This document shows positions 26,644-40,787 of a stretch of DNA of 64,000 bases, piece after piece. The DNA comes from Octopus vulgaris (taxonomy: Eukaryota), in contig OX597836.1 of the NCBI GenBank assembly GCA_951406725.2, positions 25,048,001 through 25,112,000 on the forward strand. The letters are read 5' to 3'. Both the position numbers and the translations under genes were made by a program. Under the pieces are notes generated by a model. The model was not told the origin of the DNA. It saw only the letters and a list, made by a program, of their open reading frames with translations, and searched no databases. How positions within the stretch are numbered: position 1 is the first letter of the stretch; every line of letters starts with the position of its first letter.

Positions 26644-28784
26644 CAATGGCAAAGGGTGACTAGGAAAGTTGGGCATGCGGTCCCCATCCCCAGTGAGGTT
26701 GGGTGTGGGGGATTCCAAGTGTTCTGTCTTCTTCCATTTTTCATGTGTGTGTGTGTGTGGAATTTATCTTAATTGGGGATTGTTAATCTCAGAGGGGTTT
26801 CTTTCCTGTCCCACCTTGACTGACTTTATCAGTTTGGTGGGGTGGGTGGCATGGGTGGGGATGATAATGGGGGTGATGTTGGTATTTGTGGTGGTGGTGG
26901 TGGTGTCAATGTTGTTGGTGGTGGCATCAGCAGTGATGATGATTATGATATTATGTTGCTGCCAATAAGCACTGATCTTTTTGACTTATGATCAAAAAGA
27001 TGGTCATGCCCCAGCCATGACCATCTCTTCTTATAATCAGGTTCAGTGTATTGGGAGAACTAACTACATTATCTAATCTTCTTCCCTTTATAAGATGATA
27101 GTGTGATGTCAGCAAGGTTTTGGCTGCTATTTCTAGCTGGTCGAATGAGAGCATGTAAGAGACCTCCTCATTGACTTCTATTCTGTTGATTCTGTTGTTG
27201 TTAGTAGTAGTGATGGTCATGGTAGTATTGGCAGGATTTATTCCTCCACTCCTTATTTGCTTCAATTGTGTTTTGATAACTTGTTGGGTTTGAAATGAGG
27301 AGAGTCTTTATCTTTTCATAAGAGTTTTTTGACCGTTTTTCTCCTCTCCACCACACCATCCCCACCCCGTATCTCCGCTCCCACCCCACCCCACTATTTA
27401 TTACTGTGTTTTATTTGTTATTCACAATTTAGCTGAAATGTTTTCCTTTATCCAAACGGCCATCCATCCCATCATCGATCCATCTTACCATCTCTCACCC
27501 TTTCTCTTTCTCCCACTTCTCTTGTGTGTGTGTGCGTGGAGGGGGTATTATCTCTATTATTCTGTATACCTCTCTTGTTTCTACCTCTGTGTGTATGTAT
27601 GTGATATATATATATAAATGAACAGAGAAAATGCTTTGAGAGCCTTATCAGGCCAAATGAAAGGAATTATTTATATTTTTATCAAAAAGATGCTACCGGT
27701 TTCAATAGTTTTTAAGATCATCTAGTCATGTCGTAAGAGAAAAAAATGTTGAATTAGTCTTTCAAATATCAGTTTTGGAAATTCATACGTTTATATTTCA
27801 AAGTTAAAATGAAGCTGTTATTTTGATTCCTTCTCTCCACAATCCAGCGGTCTCTTAGTTTGGAGTTTCTACACAGTGCCACAACCTCTATGGACTCCAT
27901 TGGCCCAGTTTGACATGTCTGAAGAAATGGAAGCTCCAGTGTAAGAGGCCACTGGACATAGGGAGAAAAAGCAACCATTGCACTCTAAATTTGTATTCAG
28001 TGCTTCTCCAGGTTATTTTACAATAATAGAGACATATTCTAGAACTTTATTCTTAACCAATCAGTTTCCTGGCCACTAGGTAAGCCACACCAGCCTTGTA
28101 CACCACCTGACTATATGGGACATGTCATTTATTATGTAACATAATCCTGGAATTTTCTCTGACATTCTAACATGATGCAATATTACAGAGTGTTATGCAG
28201 AAAACTAATCAATATTACATAATTACACAGAAAACTAAACAACTTCACAAACTTACCATAGAAAAACATAGATAACACAAACATAACTTATTCTCTCGTA
28301 ATATATATGTATATATATTAGATAAAGATAGTTATGGCTAGTCATTGGGGTTACCCAGGGTACTCTGCTAAGAATATCCCTATGCCATCTAATGAGCTGA
28401 ATACTAGAATGCAGCTGGAAAAATTGACCTTGGGTAGCACCATAGATTGGCCATAAATAACATTCTCAATATACGCCACTGCTCTATAACTTAGAGGGTG
28501 CTTCTCTTTTGGATTTATGATATACTGAAGATGTATATATGTATGTATGCGTTGCAGGTGCCACTTGAAAGTACCCAGTCCACCCTGTAAAGTGGTTAGT
28601 AAAAGTTCTGCCAAAACAGTCACAGAAGTCTGGTGCAGGCTTCTGCCTGGCTGGCTCTTGTGGAACTGCCCCACCCATGCTAGCATGGAAGATGGACGTT
28701 AAATGATGATGATGATGATGATAATATATATTAATATATATATATATATATATACAACACACACATACATACATACACACACAT

Positions 28785-28815
<31 letters not shown>

Positions 28816-29994
28816 GTCCAGTAGAATGTCTCTAAATTTTTGTTGGTTTGCTGGGTCTTTGAGCTTCCATAATCTTCTTTTCTAGTGGGGTTTATTTCTC
28901 CGAGTCTCTCTAGACCCTAATTCTGAAGTCACAAAAATCATGCCAAAACTAACTTCGCCTGCACTAGTGCCATGTAAAAATCACTGAATCCACTCTGCAG
29001 AATGGTTGGTATTAGGAAGGGCATCCAACTGTAAAAAAAAAACCCTGCCAAAACAGACACAGTAGCCTAGGGTGGTTTTCTACCTTGCTGGCTCCTATCA
29101 ACCATCTTACCCATGCATAGAAGACAGATGTTAAACGATGATGATATATATTTCACTGGGGCATATCAATACTAATAACCAGGTTTAGAACTTAATATAC
29201 ATATTCTTTAGAACAAACCTTCAGTTGAGTCCAGAGCAGTAATAAGAAATTAGAATGACAACGTAACAAGAGTGTATGTCATGCACTTCATTGACTTCAG
29301 TGCAGGTGCCACTTTCTTTATGGTATTATATTATATAGGTGGGGAGCTGGCAGAAATGTTAGCATGCCAGGCGAAATGCTTAGCGACATTTTGTCTGCCG
29401 TTACATTCTGAGTTCAAATTCCGTCGAGGTCGACTTTGCCTTTCATCCTTTCGGGGTCAGTTAAATAAGTACCAGTTACGCACTGGGGTCGATATAATCG
29501 ACTTAATCCCTTTGTCTGTCCTTGTTTGTCCTCTCTGTGTTTAGCCCCTTGTGAGTAGTAAAGAAATAGGTATTATATTGTGCCTAGCTGTTTATATTGA
29601 TTATACACACACACACACACTTGAAAATACCTTATATAGGTTGAAATGCTAATAGTGATAAATCTTAAGAGAAAGGTCATAAAACTATACTCTTATGCCA
29701 TGTATTGAGTGCTAAACTCAAAGGAATCCTACTTCACTTGAACTAAATTGAACAAACATAACACTGCGCACACACACACACACATTCATTGCAGATTAAG
29801 CCACAGGGTCAAGTTTAATAGAGGTTTTAGATTGATTTCAAGATTTAATTATGTTAATCCTAATTTGTTTTTTTTTTCTGTTAAAAGCTTGGAATCAATG
29901 TTGGGTGACCTCCATTGTTAATCTCCATCCACATTATTATTGTTGAGGAGGAGTAAGAGGATGAGTTGAAGTCATATCAACACTTCTACTAAAG

Positions 29995-30028
<34 letters not shown>

Positions 30029-30217
30029 GAATATCAGCTTGTATATACACACAGGCTGGTGTCTACACACATTTCTATTAAACACACACACACACATGCA
30101 CACACCTATGTGCCTGTGCAAGCACACTGATATTTATTTAAACATAAACATTGTGTAAATACGGAGATGTACTTGCATAGCAAGTGATTTGATCTGAGAT
30201 CGTGTGCTGGAACGAAA

Positions 30218-30485
30218 ACAATTGCAGCGTGGAAGGTGTTTATAAGCCATTTAAGAAACACACAAAAGCCGTTTGATTCACTTCAACATTTAAGTTTAAT
30301 TAGTCAAAATATTTTCGTCGCTATAAGACCGTGACCTGTTCACTCACGGATTTTTGTCAGTGAACAAGTCGCGGTCTTAAAGCGACGAAAATATTTTGAC
30401 AAATTAAACTTAAATATTGAAGTGAATCGAACGGCTTTTGTGTGTTTCTTAAATGGCTTACAAACACCTTCCACGCTGCAATTGT
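30218..30485. repeat. Long inverted repeat with ~127-bp arms and a 14-nt loop (probable inverted PLE terminus)
   Basis: 30218-30344 is the reverse complement of 30359-30485 with only scattered mismatches. Confidence 0.95.
30353..30403 (+). ncRNA. Hammerhead-like fold with G3-C8 swapped core
   Basis: TTTGTCA-GTGAACA-a-GTCGC-ggtcttaaa-GCGAC-GAAA-ATAT-T-T-TGACAAA: 7-bp stem I, 5-bp stem II and palindromic stem III. Confidence 0.65.
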
Positions 30486-31169
30486 GTAAATATTCTCTTA
30501 TTTGTGTAAAGGCTCAGTTATACAGTCAACTGATAACTGGCCCTCCGTGGGTTATGATGACGAGGGTTCCGGTTGATCTGATCAAGGGAACAGCCTGCTC
30601 GTGAAATTAATCTGGAAGTGGCTGAGTACTCCACAGATACGTGTACCCTTAATGTAGTTCTCAAGGAGATTCAGCAGTACACAATGTGACAAGGCCGGCC
30701 CTTTTGAAATGCAGGTACAACTCATTTTTGCCTGGTGAGTGGACTGGAGCAACATGGGATAAACGGTCTTGGAAAAGGACACAATGCCCTGCTGAGAATT
30801 GAACTCATGACCTTATGATTGCGAGCTGAATGCTCAAACCATTAGTCCAACAACCTTCACAGTCAGATGGTCATTCACCCCCCCACACACACATGTACAT
30901 ATATTCACATGCGTAAATACACCTTTATTTCCTGTACATTGTTTGTAGTGAAAGTTTTGAGGTTGGGCCTTGGTTCAAATGTATTTTTAAAATGTCTCTC
31001 TGTGTGTATGTATGATTAAAAAATGTGTTTACCTTTTGTCTTCTTTCCCATTCTTTAAATTTTTTTCCAATAAGGGTGGGGAAATGTATAGGTGGGGCTA
31101 ATATTTAAGAAAGGAATTTCTTGCTGTTATTGTGAAACCAGCAAGTGTAAAAAAAACATTTTTGTGCAG

Positions 31170-31201
31170 GACATCGTACAAACAGGTGACATATTTGACA
31201 G
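31170..31201 (+). other. Candidate 32-nt exon, or the 3' end of an alternative first exon
   Basis: ttttgtgcag| acceptor and CAG|GTGAGT donor. GGGTGGGG/GGTGGGGC boxes lie about 100 nt upstream. Confidence 0.3.
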
Positions 31202-33175
31202 GTGAGTTAAGTATAGTTTTAAAATGATCTTCTTTCTAGTATAGCATATGTTTTTTATATTAGACAGAGATTCCCATCCACAGATTTGTCACTGTTCCCA
31301 ATTTTTGTGAGTCCAAAGACGTCTTCATTGAATTCCAAGAATTCTCTTGATTGATTTCTGTCTGCAATAATCTTCTTCTTTGTCAATCCGTCATCGATTC
31401 TTTTATAGTTCTTAGTCTTCTTTGTGTTTCTAACTTGATTTTGCAAGAAATTCTGTCTTTGTCTCTTCATTCTCTTTGTTAAGTCTAGCTTTTCACTTTT
31501 CTGCAGTTTCTTCTTTTATTCTGTGACTGTTTCCATGAAACCAATTGCGTTGTAGTCTTTGGAGCAAGCCATGATTTTCTTTTGCAGTACCAAGTACCCC
31601 TGACATAAGACTGTTCTAATATTCTTCAATTGAGATATTACAAACTGGTTAACTACAAAGACTTTTGTTCAAAGTGATTCAATATTTGTCCTAGTATTAG
31701 GACCCAAATATATTTACGAAAACCGTTAGTGTTAGAACTTTGAAGACATTTAAGATTTAATTCCTGATCACCCACCCACTCCTTTGGGGATTTAAGTGAT
31801 TGTTTTTATTTTAAATTATATATTTTGTTGTGAGAATCATTCTTTGATATCAATCAGCTTTCAGCAGATCATATTGGTATAACGAACCACAGTGGAGGCG
31901 CAATGGCCTAGTGGTTAGGGCAGCAGACTCACAGTCGTAGGATTGCGGTTTCGATTCCCAGACTGGGTGTTGTGAGTGTTTATTGAGTGAAAACATCTAA
32001 AGCTCCTTAAGGCCCCGGCAGGGTGTTGTGGCAAACCCTGCTGTACTCTTTCACCACAACTTTCTCTCATTATTTCTTTCTGTTTCTTCTGTACCTATGT
32101 TTTAAAGTGGCCAGCCTTGTCACACTCTGTGTCACACTAAATCTCCCCAAGGACTATGTTAAGGGTACACATGTCTGTGGAGTGCTCAGCCACTTGCACG
32201 TTAATTTCATGAACAGGCTGTTCCATTGGTTGGATCAACTGGAACCCTCTTCGTCATAACTGACGGAGTGCCACGATGACGACAAAGGAATCACATGTCT
32301 CATATATCTTGTCTCAGTGACATGTCGGGCGAAATATTTAGTGAAATTTTGTCTGTCTTTACGTTCTGAGTTCAAATTCCATCAAGGTCGACTTTGCTTT
32401 TCATCCTTTCAGGACCTTGTGGAGGAGGTGTCTAAAGAATCTACTCCCCACAACACTTCAAGAATAGTGGGCAGAGAAAATGGATGGATGGATGCACTGA
32501 CCAGTCCAAGAATTGAAATCATAACCCTATGAGTGCAAGCTGAATGCCCTGACCACTTCACCATCTATAGAGAATCAGGCAGCTTAATTTCACAATTCAG
32601 ATGTTTTAATTGAGGTAATAAGGGCTTCAAATTTTGGCACAAGGCCACCACTTTTTTTGTTGGGGTGGAGTAAGTCGATTACATTGACTCCAATGTCTAA
32701 CTGGTATTCGCTTTATTGACCCCGAAAAGATGAAAGGCAAAGTCGACCTCGGCAGAATTTGAACTCAGAATGTAAGGACAGACGAAGATACTGCAAAGCA
32801 TTTTGCTCACTGTGTTCATGATTCTGTCTGCTCACCACCTTTATGTAATAATAACAACAGTCAAGCGCTACATGTTGGATCTTGAAAAAGTCTTGTATAA
32901 TTTCACTGTTCCGGTTACAGATTGAATTAACAGGATAGGGGTTGGATGGCCCCTGTTTTTTATTTCAGCTGAAAGCCCCATTTTTTGCAAACTTCTATTG
33001 AAACATTTCGTGGACAAATGCTTATCAGTATGAATATATAGCTTAACCCTCTCGTTGTGAAATTAAATTTCATGGTTATTCTGGTAATGATGTTAAATAT
33101 CTACCAACACCCCCCACCCAAAGAGGGGTAGATATGTGCCGGTGACACATAAAAGGTACCCAGTACATTCTTTAA

Positions 33176-33397
33176 CCCTTTAGCATTTAAACCGGCCATA
33201 TCCGGCCAGAATATTTAACCTGTTGTATATTGAATCTGACCAGAGCTTGCCTCTCACCTCAGCCCTACCATGTCATTCTAAAACTAAAAAAAAACACATC
33301 ACTGCAATCTCTAAACTACAAAATAATACATGATTAATTCAAACCATTTTAAGTAAACAAACATCACATTTGACAGAATAATCTGAACACTAAAGGG
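33176..33397. mobile_element. piggyBac-like MITE nested in a SINE
   Basis: TTAA duplication. It splits the SINE motif cagtacactctgtaaagtggttgg. Decayed copies lie at ~1920-2135, ~42300-42508 and ~55780-56340. Confidence 0.8.
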
Positions 33398-33803
33398 TTA
33401 AAGTGGTTGGCATTAGAAAGGGCATCCAGCCATGGAACCCAAGCCAAAACAAGACAACTTGGGCCTGGTGCAGCTCTCCGGTTCACCAGTGCCATTCAAA
33501 CCATCTAACTCATGCCAGCATGGAATACGGACGTTAGATGATGATGATGATGATGATGATAATGACGATAATGATCTCAATAAAATATAGTTTCAGACAT
33601 GACATTCCTCAACAAAAATTAAAACAGCCTTCCAAATTTTGAGTGGGTATTTCTGATTTTCAAAGTAATGGTGGATAATCTGGATAGAGAACTTGGAGGT
33701 TATGAAAGAATTGGCCACAAAAATATTTTTTTCTCACTGATTTTAAGTGAAATATTCAGTCTGCAGGTTAGTTGTGTTTATGTATGTATGTGTGTGTGTG
33801 TGT

Positions 33804-33870
<67 letters not shown>

Positions 33871-34729
33871 GTGTCGATGGGAGTGGGTTTAAAATAGTAA
33901 AAAGATATATAATGAGTTGGAATATCATTTAATTTGTTACAATTAATTTGTAATTGTAACAGGAATGAAATTACATTTCTACAGAAAATTATTGGATTTA
34001 CATGAAAAGTTTCCAAAGTTTCCATGAAGTGGGTGATTATGGTGGTGCTGTTATTGGTGGTGGTGGTAATGGTGAGGGAGAGGGAAGGAAATATGCTGCT
34101 ACATGTTGCCATCATCACCACCACCACCACCTCTATCATCATCATCACCACCATGACCACCCTACCTCTATCATCCTCATCATCCTCAATAACATCATCA
34201 CTACCACCACCACTAATACCATCATCATCACCATCATCATCACCATCACCATCATGACCATCCCGCCTCTACCATCATTATCATCATCACTACCAACATC
34301 ACCACCACCACCACCATCATCGTCAATAACAGCGTCTCCACAATCACCCACACTGCACAAACTTTGGAAACTTCCCATGTAAATCCAGTAATTTTTGTGT
34401 TGAAATGTAACTCGATTCCTGTTACCATTATTAGTTAACACTAACTCAGTAAAACTATCTTTGAAAGAGCAACAGAGGAGCGGAAGGACAGATAAACAAC
34501 ACCCAGGGGGATCGGGGTAGAGCAGCAGCAGCAGCAGAAGATGCAGAGAAGCCATAAAAATGTTTTGGAATATAGAAATAGAGAAGTCTTTTATTTCTTG
34601 ACTCTAACTTTTTATGGTTCTTCTGTAATTTATCAAAGAAAAGGAATAAACCAAAGTTGTCAGAGGAGTAGAGGTGGTAAGAACATGCACACACTTACAC
34701 ACACACTCTCATACACATACATATTATAT

Positions 34730-34761
<32 letters not shown>

Positions 34762-34764
34762 CAT

Positions 34765-35045
34765 CATCATCATCATTGTTTAACATCCGCTTTCCATGCT
34801 AGCATGGGTTGGACGATTTGACTGAGGTCTGGTGAACCAGATGGTTGCACCAGACTCCATTCTGATCTGGCAGAGTTTCTACAGCTGGATGCCCTTCCTA
34901 ACACCAACCGCTCCAAGAGTGTAGTGGGTACTTTTACGTGCCACCGGCACGGGGGCCAGTCAGGCGGTACTGGCAACGGCCACGCTCAAATGGTGCTTTT
35001 TATGTGCCACCTGCACAGGAGCCAGTCCAGCAGCACTGGCAACGA
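34765..35045 (-). mobile_element. SINE family D (V-domain-like, (GAT)n tail)
   Basis: gttggtgttaggaagggcatccagctgtagaaac...gcatggaaagcggatgttaaac(gat)n. Relatives lie at ~10005-10230, 28555-28720, 28960-29145, 33140-33560, 40700-41275, 44170-44330 and 54760-54990. Confidence 0.8.
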
Positions 35046-35182
35046 CCTAGTGGATGCCAGTCATCAAATTTGACTTCGATTGCGTCAACAAGTCTTCGCA
35101 GGCAGAGTTTAGTGTCTAATGAAGGAAAGGCATGCATAAGTGAACTGGTTACACCACTGGCATAGGCTACAAGGTTATGGTC

Positions 35183-35214
<32 letters not shown>

Positions 35215-35368
35215 GCATACACACACATACATGCAGATGTTTTATATATATCCATGTGCGTATATGTGTATACACATAGATACATACACAGACACTTTAT
35301 ATATGTGTATGTGTGTCTATTATCTATCTTATATTTCTAAATATATATATATGTGTGTGTGTGTGTAA

Positions 35369-35732
35369 TAAAGTTAAGTAAGGCCGGTTTATGGGATTAC
35401 CTTAGGTTTCATGTCCTTAAAGGGCTTATCTTTGTAGCATATTATCAGATCCCAAAACCTCTTGGCTTAAGGTCTCTCTAGCGAGTGGCCTCTCTAGTTT
35501 ATGGAGGAGGGGAGGACTCTGTTAATCAATGTCAACAAAGGGGATTGTCTCTCCTTGGTTATCAATCACTGATGTCAATGAAGGGGATTCATAGCCAAAG
35601 GAATACAATCCCCTTTGTTGACATTGAGTAACAGGGTCCTTCCCGCCTCCATAACTTAGAGAGGCCTTTAGCCAACAGGTTTTGTGATGTGAAACTTAAG
35701 GTAATCCCATAAACCAGCCTTATCTAACTTTA
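35369..35732. repeat. Imperfect fold-back element (probable inverted PLE terminus)
   Basis: Arms ~35369-35562 and ~35591-35732 are reverse complements, with deletions in the right arm. Related fragments lie at ~28345-28525 and ~59170-59350. Confidence 0.85.
35393..35453 (-). ncRNA. Hammerhead-like fold (core CUGAUAA, probably G8 to A decayed)
   Basis: Minus strand: GGGAT-CTGATAA-t-ATG...CAT-GAAA-CCTAAGG-T-A-ATCCC. Confidence 0.55.
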
Positions 35733-36520
35733 ATATATACTGCTCTATAACTTCTTTTTAATTTATCTGTTTACAGACGCTACTATATATATATATATAT
35801 ATATATATACACTCACACAAAGAGAGAGAAAAATACACAATCATGCATACATGCACACATAATATATTCAGGTATATACACTCAAATGAATAGACACCTC
35901 TATGCACAAAAGGTGAACTATAGTCTTAGTGAGGGACTGGAATGGTATTTTAGATGTATAATGGCACTGTGTGGAAGTGTCTGCTAGCAGAGTGATGTAA
36001 AGTGTCTCACAAACTCTACCCAAATGTTTGGGAGTACATTGAACATTGACAGCCTGCCAAGGCTTTTGCTAAAAAAAAAAGGATGCAATATTACAAAAGT
36101 TTGATAACAACAGCTGAGATTACAGTCAGCAGCTGTGAGTGTTTGTATGAGGAGGGCATCACTTGTTTTGAATGGTTTACCCTTTAAGCTTTATGGATAT
36201 ATGCCAAACTTTCCTATCCTTCCCCTGGCAGGCAGCTATTGCAATTGGCAACAGTGGAAACATTCATGGATGTTTTAACTGGGAGTTGGCAATGGATATG
36301 GAACTTGAAGGTTATGAAAGAACTGGAACTTGCAAAAGAATGTTTCTGAGGAAGGGTTCAAACCAAGATACATCAACAGCTTCTGGTTTGTAACTTTGTG
36401 AAACACAAAGTTCACAGTTTTGACCAAGGCTTTCACACTTGTTGGTAGGCTAGTAGTGTAGTGAGGAGTGCACAGAACTATGATTCCCAGCAGATCTGTC
36501 AATAACATCCTCACCTCATA

Positions 36521-36764
36521 AGTTAAGTTAATTTTTTGGCTCAAAAAGCAAAAAGCAAGGCCATGTAGGGGGACATGGAGTTATGTACAGGGAGGGTGTT
36601 CATGCAAAGAGTTCAGGCCATTTCTGGTCAAGAGAGACTTAGAACCGAGCGGTCATCAGCATCTTCACTATTTTGTCCGGCAGCTTATTCCACGGATCCG
36701 CAACCCGGACAGAGAAAGCCCCTCTACTTCAATTGAGATGAAATCGTCGCAGATAGAGCTTTTC
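36521..36764 (-). mobile_element. CR1-clade LINE 3' end (same family, shorter)
   Basis: Highly similar to 55060-55300. Confidence 0.85.
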
Positions 36765-39466
36765 ATGTAACATGTATTGTCAAGAAAGTGAGTAATAAAC
36801 CTGGTTTCAGTGGGGTTCTGTTCCATTTGGTTTGATCCAAAGTGGGAGACAATTATACATTAGAATAGGAAAATAGTATCTCCTTTTTTACATTTGACTT
36901 TTTATTCAAACTGGTACTCTATATTGGTTACAGTGATGAGAGTTCTAATAGAACAGCCTGCTTGTGGAATTAATGTGCAAGTAGCTGAGCACTGTACAAA
37001 CATGTGTAACCTTAATGTAGTCCTTGGGGAGATTCAGCATGACACAGAATGTGACATGGTTGGGCCCCCTTTGAATTACAGGTACAACTCATTTTTGCCA
37101 GCTGAGTGGACTGGAGCAATGTGAAATAAAGTGTCTTGCTCAAGGGCACGACACACTGCCAGGGATCAGACTGATGGTTTTACAACCTTGAGCTGATTGT
37201 CCTAACCACTGAGCTAAGCAACTTTAACCATTTTGTATTTAATAAAAAAAGAGAGCTTGTATTGAATGTATTCTTCATACTGTCCATGTACATACACACA
37301 CACACATGCACCACCTAGATCAGTCATTGAATCTGACCTGTAGTTAAACAATAAAAGCAACAACTTCTGGCTTCTCTCTCTGCTGAGTCATTGTCAGTTA
37401 TCAAAAGCAATAGATTTCAAAGGATAAAATGTCACTCTCTACACATTTCCACCCCATCCGTTCTCTGCTGCTCCCACTTCAACCCTTCACTCAATCCAAA
37501 ATTAAAGGGCTTCACTTTCAATATTAAAAAAAACCTTTTAACATTTTCTGTATTATTTATGGACATAATATAGGGATGTTGATTCAAAATTTATAAACGC
37601 AATAAGGTGTGTGTGTATGTGTGTGCATATATGAGTGTGTGTGTGTGTATGTATATATATTTACAAATTGGTTTCAAATTTTGGCACAAGGCCAGCGATT
37701 TTAAGATGGGTAAATCAATTAAATTGACCCCAGTGCTCAGCCCAGCAGAATCTGAACTCAGAATGGAAAGACAGATGAAATGCTGCTAAGCATTTCACTC
37801 AGCATGATAATGATGCTGCCAGCTTGCCACCTTAACTTTCCATCATTGTTGTCCTCCTCCTCCTCATCATCATCATCATCAATAAAATAAATACCAGTCA
37901 AATATTGGGGTTGATGTAATCGACTTTTCCACAAAAATTTTCGGGCCGTGTTGAAAGGATTATTATTATTATTAGTTGAAAGGATTATTAAGATGGTGGA
38001 TGGAGAACGTAGATTAACCATGGAAATTTGCTGGAGGGCTTTAATTCAAACCATGTTAAAGCAAGGAAGTTGGTATCATAGAAATAGGGGCAACATCAGC
38101 CGATTAGGTACCAGAAACATTAAATAAAGAATGTGTGTGTAATTAGTACTGTACATATTATTGTACAACAAAAACCAACAAAAAAGAAAGGAATCAAAAG
38201 CCTTTTTTTTTTTTGCTTTTGATGTATTTTCTTGTTCTAATTATTAGAAGTTCTTGTTAAGATTCAATTAAGACAACTCGTTATCTCCGTTATCATTAAA
38301 ACTGTGCCTTTTTAATGTTGTGCTGTTGTTATTCTGGGGAGGAGCAGCAATGATAGTAGTTGAGCGATTCTCTGCGTTTCAAAGGTGAAATATCTTCTGT
38401 GGTTCATTTAAAGTTTATAGGTCACTAATGGTATATTGCCGTTTCTAGGTTAATAATGACTAATAATTAATATGAACGAGACTAATTATTTAATATGAAC
38501 AATTACAAGTGTCAGAAATAAGGAGAGCCGTTGCCAGAGTTGTCGTCATTGGCAGATTCTTCTCCTTCCGTCCACCACCATCTCCGCCTCAGATCAAGTG
38601 TGATTGGTCAACAAATTAGATGTTTATGGTTCTGTATGTGACTCTGTGGACCAATGCAGCAGCAAGATCCTCAAATCCAGTACTTCCAAACCATTTTTGC
38701 ATCACAGACTTCATACAAAACAATTTTTCAGTGGACCAGAGAATCACACACACAGTAAAACACAATAAAATGCATAATATATAATTCAATTATTACCATT
38801 ATAATACATGTCTGTGGAGAAATGGCTAAAATTTTCCCTGTTTATAATTATACCATATGTTATGTGTGTATATATACCTTGATACTGTGTGGACTAAGAT
38901 CCCTGTTGAAAGGCCACTGGTATTTATTGAGTGTTAAACACTTTCGGTATGCAAATTAGGGACTCCTTCACAGAGTAAGTGCTGCATTTATTGAGTATAT
39001 AAACAGTTTGGCTTCTTGTTTCTCAGAAAGTTATGAGGAAACAAAGTCAGTAGGAGGGGGGTAAACTTGCGTAAGTATGCCGGGTTATCTTATCAATCAG
39101 TCATAGACATCACTCATTATAGAATCTTCTCTCATATGGTGAATGGGGAAGAATTTTCTGTTTTTGATTGTTTGTTGTAGTCAGCTTCTTTGTCGTTGAG
39201 AATATATTTTGGTGCAGTTCAAAATTATTGTTCATCATCATCATCATCATCTTATCCTCTTTTCCCATGCTGTCATGTTGGATGAGATTCCTCAAGACAT
39301 TATTCTGTGAACTGGACACCACCACCACCTCCATTTCCCACCTGATGCCATCCATTGTTTTATAAGTACGGTAATTCCATATCTTCATAAACCAAACAGC
39401 AGATATTTGATTTATGGCAGATACAAACAATGTCACCAGTGAAGTGGAGCCAATGCAGACACATTG

Positions 39467-39498
<32 letters not shown>

Positions 39499-40787
39499 AC
39501 ACACACACACACTCACTCATACATTCACACACACACATGCTCACAAACATGTAGGCATGCACACTCAAACACATGCTCACACATTTACACACACACACAT
39601 GCACTCAAACACACTCACACACATGCTCACCCATACACACACACAAACAGACATTCACTCTCTCACACACACATACTTGCACAGACCCTGCCACACACGC
39701 ATTCACAAATATGCATACTTGGTCCATTTATTCGGTGGGCTTCCATATAGTTTCCATGTAACAAATGTCACTGACAAAAGCATTGGTCAGCCTGAGTCTT
39801 TAGTAGAGAATACTTGACCAATTTAGTAGCCTGTAGTGGGATTGAACCTGAGATCACATAGTTGCAAAGCAAACTTTTTAACCACACCTCCATGTTGTTT
39901 TTGAATGATTGCACCATTGTTGTTGTTGTTGTCACTGTTGTTTGTTTGAGAAGGGGTGGTGTGTGATCATATCAGATTGCCATCTCAGAAAATACAGAAA
40001 CCAACAACAATGATTCTAAACAACAACCTCGCACCATCTCACCATTTTATGTTCAACAACAACAACAACATAAATGAATAATTCATAATTGCACCCAAAA
40101 AAAGAAAATATCCTTGATAACAAGTTAGTCATAGCACATTGTAAGAACAGCAACAACAATAGCAACAAAAGTCTTTGAGAGTCTCTAAAGTGATATCAGC
40201 TGCTGCTTGACAAAGTGAAAATGGCACGCTTTTCTTAAGCATTGCCAGAATGAGTTTTCTAATTTATTAAATTTTTAGTGGGAGAGAACTAATTATTATT
40301 AAAGATGAAAAAGTAATTTATTGACTAACAACTTTATTTTATACTTTTTCTTTTTTTTTCTTCTTTTAATCTGATGGTAAAATTAATTCTGCAATAAACT
40401 GGATTAATGGTGAATAAATTATCGAAATCTGTAGCAGAGTGAAAGTAAATAATCTTTTTCTTAAGAAGATTAAAATAATTGTATAATGATTATTTTATAA
40501 TGGCCCATATAAACCACATTGTAAATTTAAACACCATGTATCTTCATTTGTCATGGGGGTTTGGTTCCAAAACAACAGTGATAAAGGAATCAGCTCTACA
40601 CACTTTGTAAATGGCACGACAGAATCAGTGGCACTAAACTCATGGTTTACACCTGCAAAGCTTCCACTTTCCTGTATTTTCTTGATCGTCCATCCTCTTG
40701 CCTGGCACATGGCTGTTCCTCTTGGTTCCTCTCCCTTTCTCAGCTGAGAGGTCCTTGTCTTACAGGTTACTTGGTGACCCAGCAGAT

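Noticed and set aside
27691-27730. Minus-strand ctagatga...GAAACCGGTA, with similar relics at 8200-8232 and 7525-7555
   Set aside because: Suggestive of PLE hammerheads, but the core and stem II are broken, so they cannot be supported.
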